A DNA stretch of 64,000 bases from Octopus vulgaris (Eukaryota). The notes beneath the pieces are model-generated. The model had not been told where the DNA came from. It saw only the letters and a program-made list of their open reading frames with translations, and did no database searches. Below are positions 1-13,251 of the stretch, in pieces (positions within the stretch are counted from its first letter, which is position 1; each line of letters starts with the position of its first letter). The position numbers and the translations under genes are program-made. The DNA lies in NCBI GenBank assembly GCA_951406725.2, contig OX597823.1:90582001-90646000 (forward strand). Reading direction: 5' to 3'.

Positions 1-536
1 GATCCCTTGACCGCGTGTCCGCTGCTCTAACCACTAGGCCATGTGCCTCCTCTCAATACTGCATCAATTCAGTTGAGGGGTCTTGTCTTGCAAGTTTCTT
101 GGTGGCTTCACTAATGCTGGTGCCTTCACTAATGCTGGTGCCATGAGAAAAAGTACCGAGTACACTCTGTTGAATGGTTGGCATTGGGGAGGAGATTGAA
201 GCCATAGAAAGCATGCCAAAGTAGGCATTGGAGTCCAAAGCAGTCCTTCAACTCATTAGAACTTACCGAATGTCTCCTGTTATCAAAGACAGATATTTAA
301 TGATGGTATATATGTGTGTGTATATCATAGTATCACAGTATTAACCAGACCATAAGGTGTTGTTACACACCACTGGTCACAATGTGCTTCCAGTTCTGTC
401 TTGATTGCACCACTTTTTTCCAGGATGATGGAAAGACAATTAGGTCAAGCAATTTGGGTCATGCGTGTATGTATATATACATATATATGTGTGTGCATGT
501 GTACACACACACACACACACATATATAAATATATAT

Positions 537-571
<35 letters not shown>

Positions 572-594
572 CATATATACAAATTCGATGACAG

Positions 595-1070
595 CACTGC
601 TTGGCTGGCATCTATACTAGTGGAGCGCTAAAAGCACCATCTGAGCGTGATTATAACCAGGGCTGCTGACTGGCTCCTGTGCCGGTGGCATGTAAAAAAC
701 ACCATTCAAGCATGATTGTTACCAGTGTTGCCATACAAGCACTTGTGCTGGTGGCATGTGAAAGACAACATTCGAGCAAGGTCATTGCCAGTGCCACTGA
801 ACTGGCTCTTGTGCAGGTGGCATGTAAAAAATAACATTTTGAGCATGGCTGTTGCCTGTACCACCTGACTGGCCCTCGTGCCAGTGGCATGTAAAAGCAC
901 CCACTACACTCTTGGAGTGGTTGGCATTAGGAAGGGCATCCAGCTGTAGAAACTCTGCCAAATCAGATTGGAGCCTAGTGCAGCCATCTGGCTCAGCAGT
1001 CCTCAGTCAAACTGTCCAACCCATGCTAGCATGGAAAACGGACGTTAAACGATGATAATGATGATGATGA
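595..1070 (+). mobile_element. RTE-tail short element with ~60-bp hairpin sub-repeats (others at ~6733-6985, 28455-28655, 44985-45085, 53005-53370 +; 62870-62975 -)
   Basis: Shares the 3' end of the RTE LINE: CACTACACTC...GAGTGGTTGGC.TTAGGAAGGGCATCCAGCTGTAGAAAC...CCAACCCATGCTAGCATGGAAAACGGACG.TAAA.(GAT)n. Confidence 0.8.
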
Positions 1071-1202
1071 TATATATACACATCATAAACTACATTATGG
1101 GTCTGAATATTGATTTTGTTAGTGTTTCATGAGAATGTTAAAATATCATCTATAAATGAATTTTGTCAAGCAGGTTGTCAATTATGAATCTCATGCTCTC
1201 TT

Positions 1203-1271
<69 letters not shown>

Positions 1272-1431
1272 CATACACATACACACATGCAGGAAGACTT
1301 ATGTCTACCTGAATACATAGACAAATGCAGATAAACCTGTATATGCAACGTGTGCATAGATGAAGATATTCTAACATATAAACATACCTATCACTAGACC
1401 TAGTGAACATATATATATATATAAAAATATA

Positions 1432-1463
<32 letters not shown>

Positions 1464-1826
1464 CTGACATTTTGCTTCATATGTATATATTGTATAAAAT
1501 ATACCCATTGGTTCATATATACTTATACATACATATATATATATACACACATACACAAAACATTGGTTCATATATACGAATATATATGTCTAACTATTGT
1601 CTCATATATATGGATGTGAACGTTGAAATTTCTATGTCATGGTTATAAATGTTATCATGTTTTTGATGGCTGAAGGCTTATTAAGCTAGTTTAATTGAAT
1701 GATTGGAAATGGTTTCTCATTATTGCTGACAAAAGAATAAATAAGCATAGACTTATTGCATAGAGATGTATATAAAATTACATATATATATGTATATATG
1801 TGTATGTATGTGTATATGTATAAATG

Positions 1827-1870
<44 letters not shown>

Positions 1871-2202
1871 TATATACGTGTGTGTGTGTGTGTGTGTGTG
1901 TGTATAACTATATGCATACACACAGAAACATACATATAACTATGCATGCATATGTATGGATAAGTAAAAGTAGACCAACTCTCTCTCACACACATACATA
2001 TATATGTGTGTGTGTATATATATGCACATACACATGTACTCACAGATATGTATACAAACATACAATCATCCACATATTTCTCTCTCTCTCTCTCTCTCTC
2101 TCTGTTTATATATATATAATTAAATAGACAGACACACACACACGTTTATGTATTATCATCAAATTTATTTTACATCCTATGTTCCAAATATATATTTGCG
2201 AA

Positions 2203-2244
<42 letters not shown>

Positions 2245-2330
2245 TGTATGTGTAACACACACATTTATGCACATGTTGTCGTCAACATCATTTTACATGC
2301 ATGTTCCAAATACATATTTGTGCGTTTGTT

Positions 2331-2384
<54 letters not shown>

Positions 2385-2420
2385 GAGACATACATACATA
2401 CATGGATACATACATATATT

Positions 2421-2451
<31 letters not shown>

Positions 2452-2991
2452 GTATGTATACATATATACACACACACACATATATATATGTTTATATGTT
2501 TGTATGTATGTATATCAACAGTAAATAATAACGATAATAGTAAATATGGTAAATTGGCAGACTCTTCGCTATTAAGACATATATCAAAGATATGATTAGT
2601 CATAAGACTGGGGAAATTGTCCAAATTAATTTCAGAAAATGCTGCAAATGCATGCAGGCACCAGTTGAACACACACACACATGTATGAATTTACATTTAT
2701 ATATACATATTTACAAGTAAATATATATATATATGTACACACATACATATATGTATATATGTATAGATTCAGTTATATATACCTTTCGATACACACATAT
2801 ATATATATATGTATTTGCTTATATACACACACACATATATATATGTATATTCATTTCCACACACACACACATATATATATAGATACATATATATACATAG
2901 ACACACATACATATACACACATAGACATGTATATATATATATATATATGTCTGTATATATAGACACACACACATATACACACATAGACATG

Positions 2992-3022
<31 letters not shown>

Positions 3023-3114
3023 TCACACACGTATGAAACTAGATGTTCTTACTCTAACAGACACAGACTTTCACAAGAATAAATATTCTAAAACTCCTAA
3101 CATATTACTTAAAC

Positions 3115-3145
<31 letters not shown>

Positions 3146-3308
3146 ACACGTGTTCCTACTCATATACATACATGCCTCTCTCAGCATATCCACACTTGCC
3201 CACACACCCTCCCTCCCACATAAAATGTTCTAAAACACGGTAAATAAATAATTCCACATATTCCTCGAACATTTGTACACACCTCCTTCTCGATACCCTC
3301 CTCCTCCA

Positions 3309-3363
<55 letters not shown>

Positions 3364-3645
3364 GCAATGATTTCAATTACCGAGCAGCTAAAAGTGAACT
3401 CCTATTTCACCATTATTGCATAATAAATCCTTGCGAAATATTCTTAGGACAGATTTTGTTTGATGTTTGAGGATATGTTGTTTTCCAGCGAAGCACCCAA
3501 CATGGAGTACCCCCGACCCCCACCCCCCCCCCCACACACACTACTCCACCCCATTCTAATGCTTTGAGTAGTTATAATATCTAAACATGGATTAATGGAG
3601 CCCTACATGCAGTAGTTTCCTTTTAATAGTGACGTCACATGTACA

Positions 3646-3681
<36 letters not shown>

Positions 3682-3920
3682 TATATTTATATATATATAT
3701 ATATATAATAACAATGGCTTCAAATTTTGTCACAAGACTAGTAATGTCAGGGTAATTGATCAATGAATTACATCAACACCAGTGCGCAGCTGGTATTTAT
3801 TTTATTGACCCTGAAAGGATGAAACGTAAAGTCTGTCTTGGCAGAATTTGAACTTAGAACTTAAAGATAGATGAAATGCCGCAAAGCATTTCACCCAGCT
3901 TGCTAATGATTCTGTCAGCT

Positions 3921-4320
3921 TTACTCTTTACTCTTTTACTTGTTTCAGTCATTTGACTGCGACCATGCAGGAGCACTGCCTTTAGTCGAGCAAATCAACC
4001 CCAGAGCTTATTCTTTGTAAGTCTGGTACTTATTCTATCAGTCTCTTTTGCCAAACCACTAAGTTTCAGGGACATAAACACACCAGCATCAGTTGTCAAG
4101 TGATGTTGGAGGACAAACACAGACACAAACATATACACACTTATACATATATATACATATATACGAAGGGCTTCTTCCAGTTTCCATCTACCAAATTCAC
4201 TCACAAGGCTTTGGTCAGCCTGAGGCTATAGTAGAAGACTCTTGCCCTAGGTGTCACGCAGTGGGACTGAACCCAGAACCATGTGGTTGGTAAGAAAGCT
4301 ACTTACCACACAGCCACTCC
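3921..4320 (-). mobile_element. tRNA-derived SINE family A (representative; others at ~5733-5880 +, 7928-8310 +, 12665-13030 -, 43040-43435 -, 54890-55035 -, 57760-58170 +, 60075-60448 -, 60542-60924 +)
   Basis: Head GGAGTGGCTGTGTGGTAAGTAGC...GGGTTCAGTCCCACTGCG, internal microsatellite, and tail CCAGCATGGCCGCAGTCAAATGACTGAAACAAGTAAAAGAG recur across the window. Boundaries approximate. Confidence 0.8.
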
Positions 4321-5169
4321 TGCTGCTTTATATTTTATTGATTCTTTCTACTAAAAGCACAAGGCCTGAAATTTGAAGGGAGGGGACTAGTTGATTACAC
4401 TGACCCCAGTGTTTCACTGGTACTTAATTTATCAACCACAAAAGTTTGAAAGGCAAAGTCGACCTTGGTGGAATTTGAACTCAAAACACAGTGACAGGCA
4501 AAATACCACTAATCATTTCATCCAGCTCATCACATCACCTTACATACAGATGTTTGAGGATATGTTGTTTTCCAGCGAAGCAGCCAGCATGGAGTACCCC
4601 CGACCCCCACCCCATATACACACACACTACTACACCCCATTCTAATGCTTTGAGTAGTTATAATATCTAAACATGGATTAATGGTTTCAAATTTTGGCAG
4701 AGTGGGTAAGTAGATTACATCGATCCTAGTGCTAAAATGGTCCTTATTTTATCGACCCCTAAAGGTATGAAAAGCAAAGTTGACTTTGGTGGAATCTGAG
4801 TTCAGAACATTAAGACAGATGAATTTCTACTAAGCATTTTGCCTGGTGTACTAATGGTTCTGCCGGCTTACTGCTATAAGTATATATAAAAATACTAATT
4901 TCAAATTTTGGCAAAAAAAAGCAATTTTGGAGGAGGGGTATGTCATTTAAATCAACCCCAGTGCCTACCTGGTACTCATTCTATTGGCCCTTAAAAGGAT
5001 GAAAGCCAAAGCGTTTTATCTGTTGTGGTAACAGTTCTGCCCTGCTCACAGCCTTAAAATAAAACTATAAATAATAGCAGGTAAATACTAGGGTCAAAAA
5101 TCCTTTTGGACAGGAAAAGATGAAGGCTGCACCTCTCTGACAGTTTCTAAAATCTTATGACCTAAACAG

Positions 5170-5235
<66 letters not shown>

Positions 5236-5471
5236 GGGTATTGAAATGAAATTCCCCAAACCAAATAAGAAAGCTGTGGAAAAGGTATAAGGTCATGGTG
5301 GTGCTCCAGCATGACCACAGCCACATGGCTGAAATGAATAAAAGAACAAAAAGGTGGGCAAAATTCTGCTAAGTATTTTGCCTAGCATGCTAACAATTCT
5401 GCCTGCTTGCTGCTTTAAGTATATCAAATAATATTAGTCTAATATTATGGCACAAAGCCAGCAATAAAAAG

Positions 5472-5530
<59 letters not shown>

Positions 5531-6683
5531 TACAGTTGAAAGTTTTTAAAATTGTTTATAGGCAAATGTGTTTGTCAATCAAATTCCAACATAGATTTTA
5601 TAAACTTTCATTTTGTATTTTTACATTTTCACAAGTACTTTCATGTTTTACTACAATCTTCAGGTAAATACATAGTCACATTAACAAACAGGTAAAGTGT
5701 TGCACAATGCACACACACACACACACACAGACGTAGGCATGGCTGTGTGGTTAGGAGGCTTGCTTCTCAACCACATGGTTTCGAGTTCAGTCCCACTGCA
5801 TGAAACCTTGGGAAAGTGTGTTCTGCAATAGCTTCAGACTGACCAAAGCCTTGCAAGTGAATTTGGTAGATAGAAGTTCCCTTCATATGAGTACATGTGT
5901 GTGTGAAAGTGTTTGTGCCTCTTAAATATCTAACATGGTCTCACCTGTTGTTTGACTACAGATGAGGGTTCTGCAATCACTTGTTGCACATCTTGTACAA
6001 ATGATTTGTTTATAATGATCAAATGATTGTATTGCAGATAAACTTATCCACTTCATCAAATCGACATTACCTGTACAGGTGCAAATTATTAGATGTCGAA
6101 GTGATCACAGAGCAAAGTGAAATGAAGTGTTTTGCTCAACACAACACAACACACTGCCAAGTCGGAGAATTGAAATCATAATTTTGTGATTGTGAGTGCA
6201 ACATCCTAACTACTAGGCCGTGTGTGTGTGTAATTACTGTAAATAAGTGCCACTATCATACAAGCGAGGTTGTTCATTTCCAATCTTCCATGAGAAATAT
6301 GGGGAAATACGATCTGGCTTGGAAACAGGTGAAGCAATGAAATCTGGCTGCAGAAAATCTGCCTCATAAATTCTGTCTGACCCATGCAAGCATAGAAAAG
6401 TGGACATTAAAATAATGATGATTTATAATAATTATTAACAACAGTATTCACACAAACATGTTCCCATGCATACATTCATCCATCAATACATTCATGCTCA
6501 CATATATAAATACGCACACACATTCAGTGATCTGCTTTTGTATTTTGAGCACTTTATATATATATAAGTTTATATATTTGTTTTGCAAGATTCTTGATGT
6601 GAATTTGTGTGAATCAAGTGAACACCAAATATATAGTGCGTGTGTTTTCATTGGCTAAACTGGCAACATGACCATCCCCAAAT

Positions 6684-6732
<49 letters not shown>

Positions 6733-8010
6733 GACATGTAAAAAGCACCATTCAAGTGTGGTCGTTGCCAGTGCTGCCTAACTGGCCCCCATGCCAGTGG
6801 CACGTAAAAAGCACCGAATACACTCTCGGAGTGGTTGGTGTTAGGAAGGGCATCCAGCTGTAGAAACATTGCCAGATCGGATTGGAGCCTGGTGCAGTCA
6901 TCTGGCTTGCCAGCCTGCAGTCAAACCATCCAACAAATGCCAGCATGGGAAGCAGATGTTAAGCTATGATGACGATGATGATGATGCACATACATATATA
7001 TATATATATACTCATTTATGTATATATGCATATATATATACACATATATATATACCCATTTATGTATATATGCATATATATAATTTTGCTTATCCAGTAA
7101 CTGCATTTTGCAATTAGCCGACAAAGTACTATTCAGGGTTTATACATACATATTAATATATATAAAAAATAATAAAGAAAAGTGTTCAAGTCTGTAGAGT
7201 AAATAGGTAAATATAACTCATTCTTAAAAGTCTGTGCAGTGTGTGTTTCGTTTAATCATTCCTGCATGAAAGTCTTTCATCGACTTTATAATAGATATTC
7301 ATTAGCTCCGAATAATAGGCATTCATTAGAAAGCCTATTCATTTTGTAGCAGACTCCTCTCTATGATCGTTGTTGTTTTGTTTGTTTGTGTTAGTGGTGG
7401 TCAGGGTTGGGCTGGTGGGTGGAGAAGTTGTTTGACTATTTCTTTCTTTTTATATATTTTTCTGTTTCTATTTAGTATTGATACCATCATCATTATAATT
7501 ATTCTTATTCTTATTGTTATTATTATCATTGTTATTATTATTGCCATTATTATTCGAAGTAGTAGTAGTAGTAGTAGTATTAGTATTATTTTGTTGTTGA
7601 CTTTATAATTGTGTCTACCGAAATTGTTTGTGCTTATTCATTATCGATTTGATTTCGCTTCAAACATGAAGCTTCTACTGTTTTTTTATCCCTGGAAATT
7701 TAACGATGTGTAACGTCTGTACGTGTGTGCATATATATTTAATAATAATACTATTATTATATATATATATAAATAAATTTGCATCTGCATGTTCACACTG
7801 TTGCCTTTAAGTTCCTACAACTCTGCTATGGTGCACTAATTTGCCGCTTTTTTTTTAGTTATGGACTGAGGTGAAGTTTTAGAGGACAAATGGTTAATTT
7901 ATTTTTATTTAAACATAAGCAAAAAATAACTGTGTGGTAAGAAGTTTACTTCACAACCACATGTTTCTAGGTTCAGTCCCACTGCATGGCACCTTGGGCA
8001 AATGTTTTCT

Positions 8011-8237
8011 TTTTTTTTTTACTACCCACAAGGGGCTACACACAGAGGGGACAAACAAGGACAGACAAATGGATTAAGTCGATTATATCGACCCCAGTGC
8101 GTAACTGGTACTTAATTTATCGACCCCGAAAGGATGAAAGGCAAAGTCGACCTCAGCAGAATTTGAACTCAGAACGTAACGGCAGACGAAATACGGCTAC
8201 GCATTTCACCCGGCGTGCTAACGTTTCTGCCAGCTTG
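8011..8237 (-). mobile_element. tRNA-derived SINE family B nested in a family A SINE, 19-bp TSD (representative of >20 copies)
   Basis: TSD CCTTGGGCAAA(T/C)GTTTTCT at 7992-8010 and 8238-8256. Plus-strand signature GACCCCGAAAGGATGAAAGGCAAAGTCGACCTC.GCAGAATTTGAACTCAGAAC. Confidence 0.85.
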
Positions 8238-8537
8238 CCTTGGGCAAACGTTTTCTACTATGGTCTCAAGCCTTGTGAGTGGATCTGGTAGACAAAAACT
8301 GAAAGAAGTCCAAGGGTCAATGAAACAAATCCATTTTTAAAGGTGTATCGTTTAACTAGTTTTGATCAAATTGTTATCTTGGTTCTATTTTAACAAAACT
8401 GTCCAACAAACGGGAATGTGAAACTCCAAGTAACAACTTTTGTTAAACTTCTGCTGCTTTTAAATAAAGCATATTACTCTACCTCTGGTATTTGAGTACT
8501 CTTTTTTCCACCTTGTTTCACATTTATGTGTTTACTC

Positions 8538-8577
<40 letters not shown>

Positions 8578-8680
8578 TTTGATACTTTGATACTTTGATA
8601 GGTTTCGGCCATTATTGGCCCAGGCCATGTCTAACTTAATAGCACCACCTGATAAAAAATATATATATATATTTAATATG

Positions 8681-9015
8681 AGACCCCCTTTGGTCATGAC
8701 ACAGAGCATGGGATTGCACCTAGAAAGTTACCCTCCGAGGTACAAGTCCGGGCAAGGTTGTTTATGGAAGACCAGCAGTCACCTATGCATACCAGCCTCC
8801 TCTCTCCACACCACCAGTGTTATCCAAGGGAAAGGCAAAGGCCGATACAGCTTGGCACCTGTGATGTTGCAACTCATTTCTGCAGCTGAATGAACTGGAG
8901 CAATGTGAAATAAAGTGTCTTGCTCAATAACACCACACTCAGCCCGGTCCGAGATTCGAGCTCACAACCTCATGATCGTAAGCTCAACGCTCTAACCACT
9001 GAGCCATGCACCTTC

Positions 9016-9016
<1 letters not shown>
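8681..9016 (-). mobile_element. tRNA-head SINE (family C)
   Basis: Colinear with 36593-36919; tRNA-like head at the right end. Confidence 0.75.
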
Positions 9017-9075
<59 letters not shown>

Positions 9076-9295
9076 TTCTACTCTGGCCACAATGACCAAA
9101 AATTTTGAGGAGGGGGCCAGTCGATTAGATCGACTCCATTATGCAACAGGTGCTTAATTTATTGACCCTGAAAGAATGAAAGGAAAAGTCAACCTTAACG
9201 GAATTTGAACTCAAAATGTAAAGACAGACAAAATACTAACATTTCTGTGTGCTAACATTTCTGCCAGCTTGCTGCCACGTACATGCATAGCTGTG

Positions 9296-9595
9296 TAGGA
9301 ATTAGGGGATATGAGGATTAGGGGATATGAGAATTAGGGGATATGGGATTTGGGGATATGGGAATTAGGAGATAGGATTAGAGGATATGGGGATTAGGGG
9401 ATATGGGGATTAGGGGATATGGGGATTAGGGGATATGAGGATTAGGGGATATGGGAATTGGGGATGTGGGAATTAGGAGATAGGGTTAGGGGATATGGGG
9501 ATTAGTGGATATGGGGATTAGGGGAGATGAGGATTAGGAGATATGGGAATTAGGGGATGTAGGAATTAAGGGATTTGGCGATTAGTGGATATGAG
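9296..9595. repeat. G-rich ~16-bp minisatellite (GGGGATATGGGGATTA)n, left part
   Basis: Visible tandem units containing TTAGGG; interrupted by the hAT insertion. Confidence 0.9.
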
Positions 9596-12452
9596 CTGGG
9601 GTCTCCAAAGTACGGCCCGCGGGCCGGATTCGGCCCGCCAAGGTTTTTAATCCGGCCCGCCGAGCTGTCCTCCAAAATTATAAAACAAATGTCGAAAAAC
9701 AAGCCTTGCCGAAATCATACAAAAACAAATATACTTCACACCCCTTTTAATACGTTTGACAAATATAGTACAGCAAATAGACGCAAGACGACGCTAATTG
9801 ATTTGCCATCAATTAATGTCTTTAAATTGCGCCGGCGAATTAAAAATTTATACACTAAACTTTAGTGTAAATATAGGTTCTTTTCCACTCCTCCCGTTTT
9901 AACTGACCCATCAGAACCACCATAAAATGAATTAACTTCGCTATGGAGCTACCTATCATTCATCTTAGATAATAGGCGATTGTCAGTGAGATGGATGGTG
10001 CTGCTTACAATGAAGCAGAGATTCAATTTCTAGCTTTATTGATGTCGCAGAAAAGTCAACCTATTCCGTCAACTGTCGAGAGAGCAGATACGACAAGTAT
10101 GACGTTAATAAAAGTCCCGTGCCTAGTATAATAAAAGAAGACAAATATCGATTTATTGATGTTACCTACATCTCACGAGCGATGAATAGAGAGGGTTGAG
10201 CCTGACGTTGTGTGGTGGTTTCTAATCCTGGTGCAGTCGCCAATCGGCGTGGAGTAAAGTTCGATGCGCATTCCGTCAGTCAGCACAGACTTGGCGTTTT
10301 CGTTGTGCACAAGTGTGAGTCATTTGTCGTCGTCGCTGCCGAAGTGAATGCACGTATCGAGTGACCTGTGAATATTGTTTTTACTTGTTTCGTCCTTTTA
10401 CATATATCGTCGAGCAAAATCTGTCGACCCATGGTAAAAATGTTAGCTCAAGGAAGAAAACGAAAAATCGACTCTGAGTGTAGAGTTTTTAAGGAACAAT
10501 GGAACATAGACTATTTTGTCATAGAGTCAAACAACAAGGCACTATGCGTTATATGCACTGACACAATTGCAGTACTTAAAGAGTACAACATTCGGAGACA
10601 TTATGAAAAAAAGCATTCATCACAGTACTACCAATTCATTGGACAGCTACGTAAAGAGAAATTTGACAAATTAAAGAAGAATTTATCATCAATGCAGTTT
10701 GTTTTCAAGAAGAAGGCTGTAGAAAAAGAGAGAGCAACAAGAGCAAGCTTCCATGTTGCTAACCTTTTGGCGAAGAAAGGTAAGCCATTTACAGATGGTG
10801 AACTTATTAAAAAGTGCTTGAATGAGGTAGCTAAGGAAATGTGTCCAGAAAACGTAGATTTATTTTCCGCAATTAGTCTTTCTGCGAACACTGTTGCTCG
10901 TAGGGTTGAACATATTGAAAGAAATATTAAATCACAGCTAAAAGACAAAGCCAGCAAGTTTGTATGCTTTTCTGTTGCACTTGATGAGTCAATTGATGTA
11001 TCAGACACATCCCAATTGTTATTGTTCATCAGAGGAATAAATGCCAATTTTGAGATTACTGAGGAACTTGTATCTGTGCACAGCATGCATGGAACAACAA
11101 CAGGCATAGATATTTTTAGAGAAGTGGAAAAGTCAATGGCTGAGTATAATTTGGAATGGAAAAAACTAAAATGCATAACAACAGATGGTGGCAGAAATAT
11201 GTGTGGAACCAAAAAGGGCTTAGTTGGGCAAATTAACAAAGTAATTGAGAATTCCGGTGGATTGAAACCTTTGGTATTGCATTGTATTCTTCATCAGCAA
11301 TCACTGTGTGGAAAGCATCTTGATTTATCATCTGTATTAGATCCTGTGATTTCCACTGTTAACTACATAAGATCTCATGGACTCAAACATCGCCAATTTC
11401 GTGATTTCTTGGAGGAAATGAATGCTGAGTCTCCAGACCTACCTTACTATACTTCAGTAAGATGGCTTAGCTATGGAAAAATTCTGGCTAGATTTTTTGA
11501 GCTTCGAACTGAAATTGAAATATTTTTAAATGAGAAAAACCATTCACAGGTGTTGCTCAAAGACAGTGAATGGCTCTGGAAATTAGCATTTTCAGCCGAT
11601 TTAACTATGCATCTCAATGATTTCAACCTACGGATACAAGGTGAAACTTCACTCATCTGTGATTTGTACTCAAAGGTGAAAGCTTTTCGTAAGAAATTAA
11701 TACTATTTGAAAGTCAGTTAACAAGAAGCTGCTTTACTCATTTTTCACGATGTGACAAATATAGACAGGAAGCTGCCACTCCATTTCCAAACTTGTTTGC
11801 TCAAGATGTCATTTTAGCTTTGAAACAACAGTTTGAAGAACGTTTTTCTGATCTTGATGCATGTTCTTCAAAACTAAGAATTTTTGAAAATCCATTTAAC
11901 TCTGTTATTGGAGACTTACCTTCTGAGTTACAAATGGAAGTTATTGATTTGCAATCCAATGACATCCTGAAGGACAAATATAAAGAGGGAAATTTGATTG
12001 AATTCTACAAATGCCTTCCATCCGACCAATTTCTTCATTTAAGGAGGTTTGCCTGTGAATTCATTTCAGTTTTTGACACCACATATTTGTGTGAGAAGAC
12101 TTTTTCAAAGATGAAATACACAAAATCCTGCTACAGATCACAATTGTCTGATGAACATTTAAATGCATTGCTTGTTATTGGAACCACTCATTTTGAACCT
12201 CAGTTGGACAAAATTTTGTCAGAAATGAAACAATTTCATGTTTCCCCTATTGATCAAAGTTAAAAAAAACATGTTAATTGTTACTGATATTATAGACATT
12301 GTGATTATGTACTGAATAAATAACCTTTTTTAATTATTAATTCACTATTTATTTATATTATTTTGGTAAAATAAATAATTTAGAACCTTGGCCCCCGTAG
12401 CTTTAAAAATTCAGCAATGTGGCCCTCCGCTGGAAAACTTTGGAGACCCCTG
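9596..12452 (+). mobile_element. Full-length hAT DNA transposon (SPIN/Charlie/Buster-type), 2857 bp
   Basis: Left TIR CTGGGGTCTCCAAAGT (9596-9611) matches the reverse complement of the right TIR, CAGGGGTCTCCAAAGT (12437-12452), at 15/16. Identical 8-bp TSD GATATGAG at 9588-9595 and 12453-12460. GGCCC subterminal motifs at both ends; transposase ORF inside. Confidence 0.95.
10431..12263 (+). CDS. hAT transposase, SPIN/GTF2IRD2-like (BED-type zinc finger, DDE core, C-terminal dimerisation domain)
   Basis: Uninterrupted ORF; the track starts at GTG 10368, first ATGs are at 10431 and 10440. Motifs KRKIDSECRVFKEQW, CVIC...RRHY...H, ALDES, TTDG, HCILHQ (CxxH), RWLS and TYLCEKTFSKMK...RSQLSD match SPIN-type transposases as I recall them. 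Confidence 0.93.
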   Translation: MVKMLAQGRKRKIDSECRVFKEQWNIDYFVIESNNKALCVICTDTIAVLKEYNIRRHYEKKHSSQYYQFIGQLRKEKFDKLKKNLSSMQFVFKKKAVEKERATRASFHVANLLAKKGKPFTDGELIKKCLNEVAKEMCPENVDLFSAISLSANTVARRVEHIERNIKSQLKDKASKFVCFSVALDESIDVSDTSQLLLFIRGINANFEITEELVSVHSMHGTTTGIDIFREVEKSMAEYNLEWKKLKCITTDGGRNMCGTKKGLVGQINKVIENSGGLKPLVLHCILHQQSLCGKHLDLSSVLDPVISTVNYIRSHGLKHRQFRDFLEEMNAESPDLPYYTSVRWLSYGKILARFFELRTEIEIFLNEKNHSQVLLKDSEWLWKLAFSADLTMHLNDFNLRIQGETSLICDLYSKVKAFRKKLILFESQLTRSCFTHFSRCDKYRQEAATPFPNLFAQDVILALKQQFEERFSDLDACSSKLRIFENPFNSVIGDLPSELQMEVIDLQSNDILKDKYKEGNLIEFYKCLPSDQFLHLRRFACEFISVFDTTYLCEKTFSKMKYTKSCYRSQLSDEHLNALLVIGTTHFEPQLDKILSEMKQFHVSPIDQS

Positions 12453-12644
12453 GATATGAGGATTAGGAGATATGGGGATTACGGGATATGGGAATTAGGG
12501 GATATGAGGATTAGGGGATATGGGAATTGGGAATATGGGAATTAGGAGATAGGGTTAGGGGATATGGGGATTAGTAGATATGGGAATTAGGGGATATGGG
12601 AATTAGGAGATATGAGGATTAGGGGATATGAGAATTAGGGGATT
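12453..12644. repeat. G-rich ~16-bp minisatellite, right part
   Basis: Same unit resumes directly after the right TIR, starting with the TSD. Confidence 0.9.
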
Positions 12645-13216
12645 GACCTTTGTTTGGGTATCTTTTTATTTGTTTTAGTCGTTAGACTATGGCCATGCTG
12701 GAGCAACACCTTGAAGAATTTTAGTTGAACCGCAGTACTTATTATTTTTAAGCCAGTTACTTACTCTATCTGTCTCTTTGGCTGAACTGCTATGTAATGG
12801 GGACACAAACACACCAACACTGGTTTTAAAACAGTATTGGGGGACAAAGACAGAAAGACACACACACACAATAGATTTCTTTCAATTTCTGTCTACCAAA
12901 TCCACTTATGAGGATTTGGCTGGCCTGGGGCTATACAAGAAGACACTGGCCCAAGGTGCCGTGCAGTGAAACTGAACCTGGAAACATGTGGTTGGGAAGC
13001 AAGCTTATTACCAGACAGCCATACTGGCACCTGCCATTTAAAAAAATTGTTCTAGTGTTTGTGGATTAACAGAGGAAATAAGTGGTATAGGGATTTAGGG
13101 GTCATGAGATTTAAGGGGCAAGAGATATATACTTGTGTTGGTGAGGTGGGGGAATGTGTGTGCATGTAAGTGCATGCATGTATTAATATCAGATTTAAAA
13201 TGGTGAATGTGTGTAT

Positions 13217-13249
<33 letters not shown>

Positions 13250-13251
<2 letters not shown>

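Noticed and set aside
1-52. tRNA gene (also tRNA-like segments at ~8945-9016, 31453-31512, 35408-35470)
   Set aside because: These are SINE heads with A/B-box-like motifs but no complete cloverleaf; this one is also cut by the window edge.
3629-3638. CRE palindrome GTGACGTCAC (TGACGTCA also at ~53555)
   Set aside because: Isolated 8-10-mers are expected by chance in 64 kb.
8392-8445. Hammerhead-like motif with GAAAC-UCCAA-GUA
   Set aside because: The CUGANGA core reads CCAACAA; too degenerate to call.
9296-9595. True telomere or pure interstitial (TTAGGG)n
   Set aside because: TTAGGG occurs only as part of a 16-bp unit.
10628-11239. 203-aa antisense ORF in the transposase
   Set aside because: Shadow ORF of the coding strand with no motifs.
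10368-12263. Domesticated host gene (GTF2IRD2/EPM2AIP1/ZBED-like)
   Set aside because: TIRs and a perfect TSD show a transposon copy, so no gene symbol was assigned.
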